Shown: piece after piece, positions 33,445 through 48,400 of the stretch
Numbering within the stretch: position 1 is the stretch's first letter
How the letters are laid out: each line of letters begins with the position of its first letter
NCBI GenBank assembly: GCA_004431415.1
Contig: QPMI01000441.1
Location: 1 to 64,000 of the forward strand
Direction of reading: 5' to 3'
Source of the DNA: Cyanophora paradoxa CCMP329
Taxonomy: Eukaryota; Plantae; Glaucophyta
Length of the DNA: 64,000 bases
Position numbers and translations under genes: made by a program
Notes under the pieces: generated by a model
Database searches by the model: none
Told to the model about the DNA's origin: nothing
Seen by the model: only the letters and a program-made list of their open reading frames with translations

Positions 33445-36400
33445 CTACACGGCAACTGCAGATACAACTGCCGTGAACCCCAGAGCGTTCTGAATATTAT
33501 CTGCTTTGAGAATGAGAGGTAGTAGTATAACCGTAAGAGCCGCTCGTAGTATTAGATCTAGAGGTAAAAAGTTCCGTACCGCTCGTGAACCGCACGTAGG
33601 CGTAGCGGCCAGTCGTTTGATATGAAAACGGCGTCGAAAGAGTCCCATGCCGCTCCGCAAGCATGGTGGCGCTCGTAGAAGTGCCGTCGTAAATCTGCGT
33701 TATTCACGCCGTCAACGCGCGCGCCACAAGTGCGCTATCGAACCGCGAGAAGCCCATACCCTCACGTAGTCATAGCCCTGCTCCCTGTGACCGCGGGAGA
33801 GACAAGGCGCAGTAAATTGAATGATGATCAGCGCGACTCAAAAACATTTTAGTACTTATGACTCACGTGTCGAAAAATGTGAACTGAATATTAACTCTGA
33901 AGCCGCTCGGTGCCGTGATCAACCTACCATGCCACAATCGCGAAGACAGTGAGCGACATCGATCATATGCATATCAGAACGTCTCACGGCATGCGCAGGC
34001 ATTCGCATTTGCTACAGACCGCCCTCGATCCCTACAGATTTTATACAAAAGGATGTATTCGAAGGACCCGCACCACTTTCGGTCAGTGTCAATCTCGTAT
34101 GGCGTATCCGGGATGCCATCTTCGAATGCCGTGGCATTCGCCGTCGCGTTGAGCAGGCACGGGTCGTAGTTAGATCCGGGGCATGCTGGATCTATAACTG
34201 GAGACATGGAAGAATTAAGAATGTGCGCATGCATGCATAGCACAGAATATGGAGGTCTTGCAGAATGTGCACCGGCGCCTGCAGCTGGTCCGGATGCGCC
34301 GGGTGTCGGAGTAGGGGTGGGAAGTGGCGTCGGAACCGCATCGCAAGGCACGACATAGGTGGAATTGTAGCGGCGGTCGGAGCACATGTCGTTGCAACTG
34401 TAGTCCATGCAGGGAGCATATGGAAATAGGCAGTCCTTGCGAGCTTGGCCGAGGTTGCACTCACAGTAGCCTGCTCGCAGTCATCGGTAGCTTGCAACGA
34501 TGCAGCTTGCGGTAGAAGGGAGGCTGCGAAGAAAAATCAAAGTTTCCGCACCGGATGCGTAAACATTTATGATTGCCGACCCAGCTTTGTCATTGTACGC
34601 TTCCCGCGTTCCACTCCACACGCAGCCTCCCGTCTGAGTTGTTCGCCTTAGACAATCGCAAGGCTTTTGGAAGCCAAAAGCACCTGCTTCCAGCACAAGG
34701 CTTCGCTTGGCTTGCACCCGCCGAGACCTGCCACGCGCACGCGCTGTGTGACACTTCGAATTCTGCGGACTTTGCGTACAGATTTACGGACCAATGATAG
34801 CGGCGGATCCGGATGTAGCTGCTGGCACTGATTTGATTGTTGCGTTGAACCCCTCCCCGATGATATCGCCGTCTGCACTCCCATCGGATTGCGAATGGTG
34901 GAAGCTAATAATTCAGTGAGGAAGCCACAGACTGCTCGTGAAAACAACGAAGGCGTATCGATCCGCTGTCTCGTATGAGAACGGCGTCGACGGGGAACCG
35001 CTCAGCTCCACAAGTTTTGCCGCGCTCACTGACTGGCCGTCGAAAATCTGTCGACCATGAACCATGAATTGAGTTTTCGTCGAATTCGAGAGTGTTCATT
35101 CGCATCTTTATAATTATACATATCGCACCTGCACGAAGTCGGCGCCGCTTTCACTGCACCCATTAGTCAGTACAACGATTTAAAGTTAACGTTCGTATGA
35201 CCTTTTGATCAGCTGAAGCTCGCGCACGTGTTAAATCGGGTGAACTGGATGACAATTTTCGAGCCGGCGGCGGCCGTTATTCTCCTGATTTCCGTGCGCA
35301 TCACTATGTGCTCGAATTTCTGCTTTCATATTATAAATGCGACTACAGACTCACCATTTTTTGTTTGCATTGTTAAAATAATGCCGGCCGGTAGGACCCT
35401 CCTCAAATGTTGTTGGATTCGCGGTTGCGGTGAGGTCGCACGGGTCGTAAGAATTGCATCGAGGATCGATAGCTAGGCTCAATGTTAGCGTCAGCTCCGT
35501 CTCGTGAGAGATTGGAAGGCAGAGTATATGCCTGCCGATGGAGAAATCGCCGAGATTTTAGCCGCAAATCCTTGTCTGACGACCGAGCCATCTATAACAG
35601 CATACGAATCAGCGCGATGCAAAAACAAAATAGTGGCAGCGACGGCCCGACCTGTGACGAAATGCACAAATGCGCTACTGGCTGATGTCTCAAAGGGTAT
35701 TAAAGTGGCGATTGCAAGAGCTCCGTGCAAGAAAGCAAGCCGATTGCCCGTGCAACTTGACGTGCAAGTCGCGGTGCCATCGTACACCTGCGTATACGTA
35801 GCGCAGAGGATCCCGATTTGAGACCGGAGACGAAGGCATTAATAAGCAGCACTTATATTATTATTTCGCGCACGGAAACAAAGTCGTAGCCTGCTTCGGT
35901 ATTGAATGTTGTGAACTGTACATGTTGACGGGAGTCAACTCCTGTGAATAATCTAAGGAATACTCATCGCTTAGCCAGACCTCGATGCGAACGTTCATGC
36001 CGCTCGGGGCAGTGATGCGCCTGAAGTTGTGCACGAGAGTTCAACGAATGTGAGCGAGAATTACACGATATCGATAACAAATACGTTGCCCACCATTTCC
36101 GATCGAGGCTGTTGCTGTAGTCTCCAGGGGGTCCTTCTTCAAACACCGTCACGGTTGTATTTACGCTAATTTCGCATGGGTTCCAGACCACGCAGGCTCC
36201 GTTTACCACTGGCGTTGCGCAAGCGAATTTCAATCAGGCTTGGGCACGAGACTCTGCCTTTGCATGTATGGAGCACTCACGTCCAGAGACCAGCGGGGTA
36301 GGCGACGGACTCGGGGTTGGAGTGGGCGGCGGCGTGCTTACAACGACTGCGAAAGGCAGGTTTGTGGCGTTCGCACCTGGGCGCCGACCTTCTAGCGTCC

Positions 36401-39400
36401 ATGACCAAAACGTGAGACGCACCCGTACCCGTTTTAGAAAGCTGGAGTCGCACGAACGCAGCACTGTCTCTACCCCAACTATCAACGACACCGTCGTCGC
36501 CTGTAGCGGCAAATCTGCGAGCGCGGTTCACAAGATCAGATCAAATCAGATTGATATTGATTGGAATGCAGGCGCACATGGTGCAATTGTCCGGATCACT
36601 GCCGTACACAGAGAATTGCAGGTTCACTGCAGTCAGCGCCGGGCTGGCCGTGGTTACGGCCGTTCCCTCTGTGCTTGGATGTTCAAGGCTGCATCTCTAG
36701 CTATAAATGGTGTCGTAGGGACGCCGGCAGACGCACCGGAAATGCTGAATATACGTGGTAGCGCTTCTTTGATTCCCAGCATGAGCACGTTGTGGACGAG
36801 ACACCCGCCCAGAATGGGTCCTTGCGTCTGAGACCCGCCCTTGCTGAATCCGGGTACCCTTCCGAGGAAGTTGTAAACCCGACTGCCGGCCATGGAAGGC
36901 GACAAATCCACGGAGCTGAAAACGAAATTCAAGATCAGCTACAATCTTACAGAACTCATAACCCATCTCCAAAGTGATCTGCGCGCGTACGCACAAGACT
37001 TCGGCGGTGGTTGGGAAGTTATTAGGATTTATCCAGCCAACACGCCCAGCTGAGATATAGAGCTTCGAGCCTGCATCCAAGGGCTCCGTTGACAGATTCC
37101 GGGAGACGGGGAACGAAATTAGCACTCAAATAGGCACCCATGCGAGCGCAGGCTGGAGCTTCCCGTGGGTTCAGTGAGTATGGGTTGGAATTTTGTTGTG
37201 CAATCTCTGTTCTCCAAGTGTTGTTTGCGATCGAGTAGCGGATAAGGTCGTTGCGGTATTCTTTCTCCTGGGTGAAAGGGTACGAGCTGACGCCAGGACA
37301 CAATTTCGAATTGGTGAACCCTCCAACGACCTATTTGGCGATTTAATTGGAAAGAATGCTTTAGCAGGCGGTCGAGGGAGGTCGAGGGGAGACAGAGTGC
37401 ACCCAGACAGAGTTGTCATACACGGTCAGGCAGTGGCTGTATCGGCCGCAAGGCAGTGGGGAGGGCATATCGTATCGCGAGTCCAGAGTAATTGGGAACC
37501 TCCAGAAATTCGCGTATATATTGTCCCAATTTGTCGCACCGCCCGCACAATAAATAAAGGATCCTCCATCCCAGTCACACGAGTGGGCTTGAAAGCGAGC
37601 ATGCATCTTTGCCGTTTGGTATTCCCATACGCTTGAAGCAGAGGCCGTCGGAGATGCATCTGCACGCGAGATTTAAGAGGCGCATGGAGTCTTTGAGACT
37701 GTTCCGTGCGCGTGTACATGTTCGGAGGCGAGCGTTGTAAATGAAATATGCGAGCTACATGTACACGCGCACCGACGTCAGCAGTCCAAATATCGTTGAA
37801 GCCATTGTTGTAAGCGTCTCTTCCTCCAGAAACCATCAGGTAGCGGCGGTTGTTCCTCATAAAAAGCGTTCCCGCAGCTGATATTCGAGGACTGAATCCA
37901 GTGGCCAAAGACGTAATGGCGATCGGCTCTGCAAAGCGGCTTTAGAGAGCTAGCGTTAGATATCGCGCTGAAGTAATTATAGCGCAACGCAATCCGGCAT
38001 TGGTTGGTGGGGGCGTAGGTGATGGGGTCGGCGACGCCGGAGCTGCGTATACGTCGCCGCGAAGATGTAAGGGCCGGGTGAGCGACGAAATGGATTTCCT
38101 ACTTTGCGATACTGACCTACAAAGTATGAGTAGTAGTTTGCGGTGAATCCAGGGAAGGTCGAGCTGGGGTTGCTTTGGAACTCTACAAGGATGTGGTTGG
38201 CCGTGGAAGTGAAAGGCGTGAGGGCGCTCGCTGGACTCTTTCCCGAGAGCGTTACGCCAAGCTGGGTTACATTTTGCCCTTGGGCGTTGGAGGCAAAGAC
38301 CTACGCGAGCTGCATGTAAATTTGTCGAGATCTGGCTGATGCTCAGAAGCTGCGCACTTTAACGGTATCCTGGATAGCCTCAGTGTCGAAGGTAGCGACT
38401 GGGAAAGTGATTTGGATGCGATGATTCAGTGGAGCGGCTATGAGCCTGCCAAACAAACGGAATCAATATCATGATTAAATTACATCTGAGGCCTTCAATT
38501 TTCATCGCCCGCCTGCAGCTGACCTCTAAATTTTCATCGCTCTATCGTCTGCGCACGCATTTGCATGCTCACCATCTCAAAGTGATGCTGTTGGAATATT
38601 CGGTACCAAGCCAATCGGCAGTGCCAAATACTTTTCTCGAAGCATCACTAGTACCGGTTGCATTCAACAGGCAGAACGATGAAATCTGCCACGGATCATA
38701 CGAAGAGCACGGAAGCTCTGCGTGGAGCGGGTCAGATTCGGGCGGCACACGTACGCGTGTACAGTGCGATGGGCACCGACAGCCTTCACGGTAGCTGTGA
38801 ACTTAGCGAATGGCCTAGGATCCGGAACAAGACTTGATCGCTTCTCGTAGGTAATATATGCATGGCTGCCAGTCGTCCGGTAGACGATGGACGCAGCGTC
38901 CGTAAGATCAGCTGCCAAATTCATGTCCAGTTCGTCGGAGTATGCTCTGGAGGCTCCTGATCCAAAAAGCATCTGTTCAAACGTCTCGATTTCGCGACTG
39001 ATCATGATGGATTAATTAAAATTTTTACCTTGAAGTTACCAATTCCCCGGACCCCAGACGTAGGAGCTATGGGTTGCAACGTCTCGAATTTGATCTCCAA
39101 GCCCATTCCTGGGGGTGCATTGAAATACCTAATCATGACATATTTTCAATATCAGTCAGATCGAGATCGAAAATCTGTTGAATGAAGCACCATCGAATGT
39201 CGGTGAAAGCTTGGTGGCTTTCATCAACTCCGAAAGAGAGCGCTGTTATTGTAACATTACGCATGCACTCTCTCTCCGATACGCACTCCAAAACTGGACA
39301 GACCCTCGTTGGAAGGCGGTGGCACTCCCTACAGAGCGCACGCGCACCGTCAAGAAGCGGAATTGCCGCGTATTCCGCGATGAATCCGTCGTCGACGATA

Positions 39401-42400
39401 GCATGATTGCTGGTGAAGCGCACAAGCACAGCGTTTGCAGCCGCCGTCGTTCTCACCGTACTTTGAATGATATCCGTGTTTAAAGATCCAGAAAAAATAG
39501 AAGGGACTTTGTAGCCTTCAAGATCCGACGACCTCGTTTCAACCGGTAACGTCGATAAACGTTGATAAACGTCTGTGAAATTTGACCAAAGGCCATCCAG
39601 GGATGTGAAAAACGGTCGGGATGTATTCAATGCGTATATCTGCACACGCACGGACGTCGACATGTACCGAAACCGAAAACGATTTAACCATACATGTACA
39701 ACGACAGTGCGCACCTCAACGAAGTCCCTACTCGGTTCAGTCGCCAAGTGGAGGAAACGCAGCCTGATGCGCTGGTTAAGAGGAGCCCCGATTAACCTGC
39801 CCGTATGGTCGTAATGATCAGAAGAAGAACCAGACACAGAAGGGACAGCGATCCAAGTCAGACAAGACGCGCACCAGTAGCGTTGCAAATTATTCGCGTA
39901 GGAGGTACTGGAAGGCCCCTCTTCAAACGTATCGTCGACGTCCGTTGCGATTAGCCGGCACGGGTTGAACAAAGCGCATCTCACATCTGCGCGGATATAT
40001 ATGATCATGACACACATATGAAGGCTGCGCCGAGCGCTAGCGCCGCCTGGTAAAATCAAATTGAATGCGCACTTTCAGCCCTGAACTGAGCTTTGAACCC
40101 GTGCCCTGAGCTGCGATTGTTGGACTGGAAGACCAGATAAGCCCGGCTGCTGCTCGACTTCAGAATTCGAACAGGAGGTATGTTCGCGATTGAGATGTCT
40201 GGATGGTCTTCAGACGAAAAGATCATCACGCCGCTCTCGGCATCCCCATCGTAAACCTGATAGCTCCAGATTTTGGTCCGATAATTTAAAAATTCGAATT
40301 CAGCATCGCAGGTTTGGACTCACGTGCAGTTTGTCTCCGGGCTGCATACTCCAGAAAATAAACTCAATGATGATGCCCTTCGGAAGAGCAGCCGTACTGT
40401 CTTCGGCGGTGATTGACCTGATTATGAGCGAGAGGGAGCGCGATGGGAGGCGTACGAGTCAGCTACGCAGCATGCGGGTTTGACATCTAGATCCTGTTGC
40501 GCACGCGAGCTTGTAATGCGCATGCTCACCATTGTCTTGTCACGTTTGTCGGGTACAGCATCCCAGTCGGGCCCTCCTCGAGCTCCTGGACTTCACTCGT
40601 AGCCGATAGCGGACATGGCGGGTTGTAGAAGTTGCACCGAGATTCTGCGCATGCGAAAGAGAATGAGATTTGTGGGGACTTGAAACTCGGGATCGCAACA
40701 CGAAGCGTGGGAAATCTCACCAACAGCCTTGAATACGGCTGCAAATCCGTCTGGTCTGCCATAGGCAGGCAGCACCGTCCGGTTTTCATAGACCAAAAAG
40801 GCATCCTTGCTCGTTCTATACCGCCCGCTTGGCAGATCCGGATTGAAAGGAGGCGGGAAGTCTCGACGACTCCAATCGGAAAATTGAAGGCTGGCTATCA
40901 AGGGTGCGGCGCTCGTGGTGCCGTCGTACAACTACGTTGCAAAATGCAAATCAGGTTTAATTATAAGCCAAACCTTGCATACGCATTCACAGCAGAAAGA
41001 AGGCCCACACGTACATGTACAGTATCGTTTGGTAGACCAATGTCAAAACGAGAGAAACTTATTTCAATTCCATAGCCGCTATCCGCTCTTATTAACCTGG
41101 GAACATTAAGGTCATGGTCGGTATCAGGCGCGTTCGCTTCCCAAAAAACTGTTTTGTTTAATCCTTTAAAGTTTGTTGGAATCACCGTGCACGCACCAGC
41201 TGCGAGTGACAGAGGATGCCGAGCCTCCTTCCAGAGTGGCAAGGGTTGCAGTTGCTTGCAGGCTGCATTGCAATTGGAAAGCGCACTGTGAGCTTGATGT
41301 GTTTCGATCAGATGGATCTGCACAAAAAGTGTGCATTGTCAAGCAGAGGAGCCACATATACAACACCACCATAACCCGCAATCACTGTGCAAACCCGCGG
41401 CTCGGAAACGCGCAACGAAGCCCATCCACGATAATTCACCAGAGCCAACAGATGTTATCTCAAACTGGCCGTCAGCTGCCATCTTTATATGGGCCCGGGG
41501 CCCAAGCGTTATTACGGATCGTGGCGTTAATGGGATGCCAGTGTCGTTGTTGGCCGATAGCTGCAGCCTCGCCAGAGGCTCTGAACTTTGCTCGAATCCA
41601 CCGCGGATCTATTAGCAAGGTCAGGACGGAATGTCGATGGCACTTGGCAAAACGCGCACCTCGACATAGAATTGACGGGGGAGATCGAAGCTCGATATTT
41701 CAATGTGAACGCTCTTTCCGGCAGGGGCCTCAAAGAACCTGGGCGCCAAATTGGATCGGATTGCTGACAATGATGGACCCGGTCAATAGATGTTCGCCGT
41801 ACCAGAACGTGGGTTGGAAATCTTCCAAAATTGCGTCTTGCAGCGACAGGCCATCCTCCACCCACCGCCAATTTGGCCGGGCAGAACAGGGCGGGTCGCG
41901 CGGGCATTCCGCTTCGAGAGGATAATCCATGAGCATCTTGCGTCCAGTGGGATGCGTGACCACTCGGTAACGCGCGTTAATCGTGACACCGGACATATCG
42001 CTGACGCTGTGCTGATGCCATTTGGTGCGGGAGACCGTCGCAGCGTCCACCACGAGGAAGTTGATAAACCTCGGCGACCGCCAAGCCGAAAAGTGGGTTT
42101 TAAAAGCGATGGGGAGCTTAGCCGCAGCATCTGCTGCACTCTCTATGACGACGCGATCTCTGTGCTCGCCTCCGTCTCGCAGAGCTGGCAGGCCAGTTCC
42201 GTAAATCCCTTCAAACTGTACGCGTGCAACAATAAGAGGTCGGACCCAGTGGACGCTGGATCGTCTAACTGGAAACGAATCTCGTAGCGCACAGTTATAG
42301 TCAAAGGGTAGTTCACAGAGCCCGAGAACAATATGCCAATTATCTCGAACTCGACTCTCGAGGCGTTCCACCCGTTCTCGATTTTGCTATATATATGGCG

Positions 42401-45400
42401 AAGGAAATCTTAACGAGTCAGTACCAGAGCGAGCGCAACATTGGAGCACAAAGTAAATGCGTCCGCACATTCTGGAGAGCTGTGAGTTCTCTCCCATCGT
42501 TATGTTCGTCCACTCCGTCGAACTCGGCAGCCAGCAAGTGTGAATTCGATCGACTTTGTGATGCGCAAGCTCGCAGTAGCGCCTCCGGATGGGACACGTC
42601 GGAAATTGAGCTGGAACCCTGTTGTCGAACGACGAGACGTTTAGCTCTCCGAAATACCCGGGGAGCACATTGGTCCCCAAGAAGTCGCCGCTGTCGGCCG
42701 CGGGCTTTGCCAGTTCGTCCGCTGCGTCAGATTGCTGGGCCACGCCGTTTGACGAAACGCGCCAGAAGAAATCACTGTAGAATCCAAACTCCAAGGCCGG
42801 CGTGGAAGGGCCAAGAGACATGAAGGACGGAGAGTCAGCCGCGAGCACAGTCGAGGCTGCGGGCGACTGCCGAGAGCCAGCTGCAACGAAAGCTCGGCAC
42901 TCGTAGGCTGTGAATGGGCTCAGGTTCACAAGACTAAATCTTGCCAGTGCAAGTTTTGGAAGTACTCCCTCGAATCGTTTCCCGCAAATTTGTAGCGCCT
43001 TCCGGGTCGGGCTGGTGCTGTCGCGCAGGAAGGGCTCCCCCGAAAAGCCAATATAATCAGTCATGTTGACGGCCAGCACGGAGCTGCCTTGCGGGTTGCA
43101 CTCGATCACTGCTGTTTCCGGAGCTGCGTCCCAGATGCGGGTGCTGTAAACGAAGGCTGTGGCGGTGGTGGCCGACGTGCGAACGAGCTGAAGAAGAGGC
43201 GCGGCAGGGTCCCATTCCACGGCGTCGACACCTGAGACCGGGCGCGTTGCAAAGTTCGCCGCGCTCGCCGAGGTGTACTTTTCACACAGCGTCTGCACAT
43301 TAGACGAGGCGTTGTTGTTTCCGTAAGTGCTTTCGAGCTCGCTGTTGCTGAACGTCCGACTGACGCGCGAACACGCCTCAGCAAGCAACGAGTCACGTGT
43401 AAGGTCGATCACGCGGATGGCGAAGTCTCCGTTTGGCTGCCTGTAGCGGATCGCCATGTAGTCGCTGAAGAAACGCGAGTTATTAAAATAAAATGGAAAA
43501 TAAGCGAGAATATTCTCACCCATTGTCGCTAGGAATCGGCACTGCTGGCAAGATATTGGTGCCGGACTCGTCGACGAAAGTCTCATCGACAGGGACCGTG
43601 CGAACGTTCTCGCTGGACTGAACTTGCGCGCCCTTTTCCAGATCGTACATGTTGAGCTCCGTTTGCGATTGCCACACAGCGATAAACCGTCCTGCCAATC
43701 GCGCGGTTTAGTGCAATTGCAACTGATCAGCGCGCGCGAGCTCGAGGCGCAAGAAAATGGCAAGGACGGATGGCGCTCGCACCGTTTTTGGAGGTTCTGG
43801 GAGCGTACAATCCGAACTTGAGCTTTAAACCCTTTGAATCCAAAGATGTTGTTTCATCTGCAGCTGGTGTACTAGTGCTGCCAACGCTAGAGCTAACAAC
43901 TCTGGCGGCATCCCATACGGCATCCTTTGAACTGTATCCGATGGCCGAGACGGAATCCACAATCCACAGTGTCGAGCCGTTCGAGGACAAATAAACAGAG
44001 CAGTCCGCTGTGAGGTTAACGTTGCAGTCAGCTAGGGCTAGCTATATAGCTCTACATATTCTTTTGGAGAACGGATGAAGATCAATGACAGACGAGCTCA
44101 CCGTATGTAGATCTGAGAAGAATTATTACGATCGAATGTACGTAGAATTCGAATGAGCAATCGCATAATGTATTAAAGCAAACTCACCCCCCGCGAGCAT
44201 TTTTGATGACACGATGCTTTGAGTCAACGTAATCGAAAAACCTGCGCACGATTCGATATGAACGGCACAGTTTGAACAGCTTGAAAACAGCTTGAACGAA
44301 CTTATTTCCTTCGATGGTCGACTGCCTGCTTGTTGTTGGGTTGTCAAGAACGTTGTCGGGCGATGGAATGCCTGCGAGAATAAAATAATCAGCGGCTTTT
44401 ATAATTATGAGAGCAAACATTACGGCGGCGCGCCTGGCCGACAACCGTAATTTTAAAAGCGTTTCATTGCAATTGCGTGTGTGCGCGTCACTCACAGATC
44501 CACGACGAGAAGACTTTGGCTTTCCCAATAGAAGATGCGTCGGCAGGAGCGCATAGATTTGGCGAGATTGGCCCAGTGCGGCTCAGGGACCTTCAGGGCA
44601 CCTCGGATGCTCCACATATTTTGCTAGACGCGCGGACCCATGAGTAGCGCTTAGAACAGACAAAACTGCACGTGCTCAGCGACGAACCATGCCCGAAGCA
44701 AGGGCCGAACGCTGGGCTGAGAGAAGCACAACCGTCTCGATGTCCTCTGCGTATCCCCCTTGCACGGAGCTGCAAGAGCGATGCAGGCAAATATAAGCTT
44801 CGATTGGCTGGTTGGATCACTTGACCAGCTGCAGGAATTCGGCACCTGATCGTGAAAGAATTCTGACTGTCCGAGCCTTCCGACGCGAAGAGGTCGTAGT
44901 CGAAGTCGTTCCAGTCAAACTTTCTGTCAGACACAACGCCATATGAGCTGAAGCAGAAGAAGCAGAGGGACGCGTCTCTGTTAAATCCGGCGGCGTGTTG
45001 AATGTCTGGGGCGAAAGCCCAATCAAGAACTCGCGATCGAAAGCACAACAATAAATAAAAATGAACACCGTATGCATGAAAGTAAGCTTCCTTCTCGGAG
45101 CCGGTGGCAGAATTCTTTAGAACCTGCTGTAAATCAAAGACATTCCGTTTGTACGCTGTGCAGTCCTCCAATTCTCGACTTTCTCGATCTGGTATGTCTT
45201 TGACCGAAGTAGAAGTCCGAATGAAACAAGTTTCTTTCATCCTGAAAAAGTTGTCGCTAATGCTGGGCTTGAAAAGCTCCTTCCGCACTGCGTCCATATT
45301 TTCAAAGATCGACCAGGACTTATCACTGCTTGAGACTGGTAGCCCCTGAGGACACATAGATTAATGCAGGAAGCGCGCCGAGCTGTCAAGCGCGCACATT

Positions 45401-48400
45401 TTCGTCGAGGGTGTAGACAATGCCAGCCAATGCCGCGTATCCCTGGGGGGCCGATGGTCCAAGGTTATCGTGCACGAAAGCGATTGGCTGCGCACGTAGC
45501 GTTCGCGATCGATTCGGCAATGGGATTGGGAGGAGAAATGTAGGGAGGGCGAGGTAAACCTGATAGTGCTCCGAAGGATGTGGGAAGAAGTTTGCCTCGG
45601 GTGGCCGAATAGGTAGGTTATTGGGCACGACGTGGCAGCTTGCAAGCAGACCGTTGCAATTTCTGTTGTTCTGGGTGAGAAAAGGCTGTCTGTTCGCGTC
45701 GGCAGTTGTGCAATTCGGACAGATTCCGGTAGTTGCAAACGGATAGAAGTTCAGGTTTGTGCGGACAGTTAGCGTGTATTCGCTGCCGTACTTCGACTGA
45801 ATGAGAGGAACGCGAGTAGCAGTCGACACCTGATACGTGAACTCGGTATCCCACGGCAGCGTTTCCGGCCCCCTACGCCAGGTCCTGCAATCGACCGCGA
45901 AGTCAAAGCGCAGCGTAATTTAAAAAAGATATGAATGGCGCTTGCCATGTATTTCTCGTTTGTAGAAGAGCCGGATGCTCGCATTTGTCGTTCCCAGAGT
46001 TGCTGTTCGTCAGCAGGCTCCCTCCGGTGGCGGACAGAGCCAAGAGCCCGCCGCTCAGCGGGTGCTCGCCGAGCCCTGGGAATGAAGAAGCCCCGGCATC
46101 AGCGACCTGTCTCGAGACGTACGACGGAGCCGCTGGTTTCAAAACTGACGCACAGCGGAAGCCCAGGCTGGGGTTGTTGCAGTCGGGGCACAGGTCAGAG
46201 GCAAACTCCGTCGCCGGGCGACCTCCCGGCTGCCTGCCGAGCGTGTGCTGCATAGAGACCAGCTGTGATCCAGAAATAATTTGCGTGGGTTGCATGAGGT
46301 TACGCAGATCTTGCTTGTCAACGTCCCAAACGGCGGTCTTTGCTTGTCCGACAAGAATAAAGTGGCACGACAAATTTTTTGTCAGGAAAATGCCACTGTT
46401 CGGTCCAAGCAAATCACCCTTTGACGCATCGGCATTCAAGTACTCCAGCGTTTCATCGTTGAGCGTGGTGAGCGTGCTGCCAAGATCGCCGTCGTACAAA
46501 GTCATGCCCTGTCCGAGTTCGATTGCAATTGGATCTGGAGTCAGCTGCAGCGATCGGGAATGCACATCAAGCTCTAAGTGCTCAAACATGTACTCACTTT
46601 TAGTAGGACGCGTGCGGAGCCGTATTCCCTCGCGTTTGCTGCTGCTAGCTTCATGCGGGCAAAATTGCCGCTTTTGTCTGCAAACAAAATCTGACGGTCG
46701 TCCTTTTGAAGAACAACCGTCCGGATTGCACTGGTAAGTGCTTTGACCTGGATCTACGCAAAATAAAAAACCATGAACGGCGACGTCGATCAAATACCGC
46801 GGTGAGGACCATCCATCGAGGAAAATGGTGAGGACATGTATGCACGCGCACCGCTTGCGTATCAAGAGGAATGTCCGCCAGGTTACGGATCTCATTGATT
46901 GCGGCATCCCCCTGATCGTTGCCAACCACTACAAGGCTTCCAGAACGCTCCCCGAGCAAAGCAATCTGAGAGCAACACTCGTTGCATCGCGCCAACCCCT
47001 GTTCTATCGGTAATGGACGGAGAACGAGCAGCGGCGCACCACACGGCGGCGACGGAGGAGGTCGAGTGGTGAGCCCGTGTAGGCGCTTCCGCATCCTGCG
47101 CGCAAGCTCATCAGAGAGCTCAAGAGAGCGTACACCACGAAGGGCTCAGCTTACCAAGCTCAGTGACAGGCCAGTATTCAAAGGGGTCCTCTGCACGAAG
47201 TGGGACGAACACAAGCTGCTGCCGCACGCAGGAGGCCGAATTCGATGGGCTGTTACGGAGAACGAGGGCGCCCAGCCCCGTCATGAACCGGTTGTTTTCC
47301 TGCGCGTAGCATCTATCAGATGGCTATTTTTAGAGCAGAACGTGCACATTCAATTAACGTCAGCCCTCCAAAAAATGTAGTGGAGAACGTTGCAATCAAC
47401 GTCGGCCCTTAAAATAACCGATACGCACAGTGCCTTCCGTCTGCTTGTAGAACGTAATGTCCACTAAGGCAAGGTCGGGGTCGCGAGCATTTTGAGGTGC
47501 GCTGTCGGAATCCGTGAACAGCGGATTTTTAAACTTCGAGAACTGCTTGGGTAAAGGCCGGCCACTCTGTCGCTCCCACACTGTAAGAGTCGCCAGGTTA
47601 CCGTCTGTTCCGCCCGCATCTCCGATTGTGATTATGCGCATCCCCTCGTTGACAGTCGAGCCGTCTGAGGCGTTGCGTTGCACAATCGCGTTCGTGTACG
47701 TCCCTGGAAGAATCGCAGCAGGTAAATGCACTTTGAAGAGTAGATTCCACGCGTATGGTGCGCTCGCCCTGCCGCCGATGTATTCCACCTCGCGTCCATC
47801 CTGCCGCAGAATGCCGACGAGCATTGAGCAGTCTTGCGCTGCGAGCAGATCCTGCGTCCCGAAGGCGAGGAACTGCGGCCCGCGGGGGTCGTAGAAGACC
47901 TCGAGCGCTGTGGTGTTTGCGAAGAAGGTTGTAATCAAGTCGATCTTCGCTTGCATGGTAACGCTGCGGGAAGCAAACTCTTCGATGGGGGCGAGCCAGA
48001 AGGCGCCTTCGCCGCCTGCGACAAGATACTCTTTGCCCGAACTCTTGCACGTCTTGGGAGAGAACGCAAAGCCCGCAGGGTACGGGTAATCCGCGCTCAG
48101 GCGGGAAATCGCGAACAGATCGGGGCCGAGATCGAAAGTTTCGTAGTTTGTTGGGTAGAACTCGCACAGGTCGGGACTGCTAGGAAGGTATCCTGCGCGC
48201 GGTAGCATGAGCTTAAGCTTGAAGCATGCATAAATACGCATGTGATTTTGACATCCTCGAAACATACCGGGGTAAGGCGTGGAAGGATCTACGCTGCTGA
48301 GGGTGAGGGGCCCGATAAACATGCGGATCGCCACGCGAGGCAGAGCGCTGCGCGAGGCCCAGTCGGAGCAGTCGTAGCAACCAAAAATTTCGGCGATTTT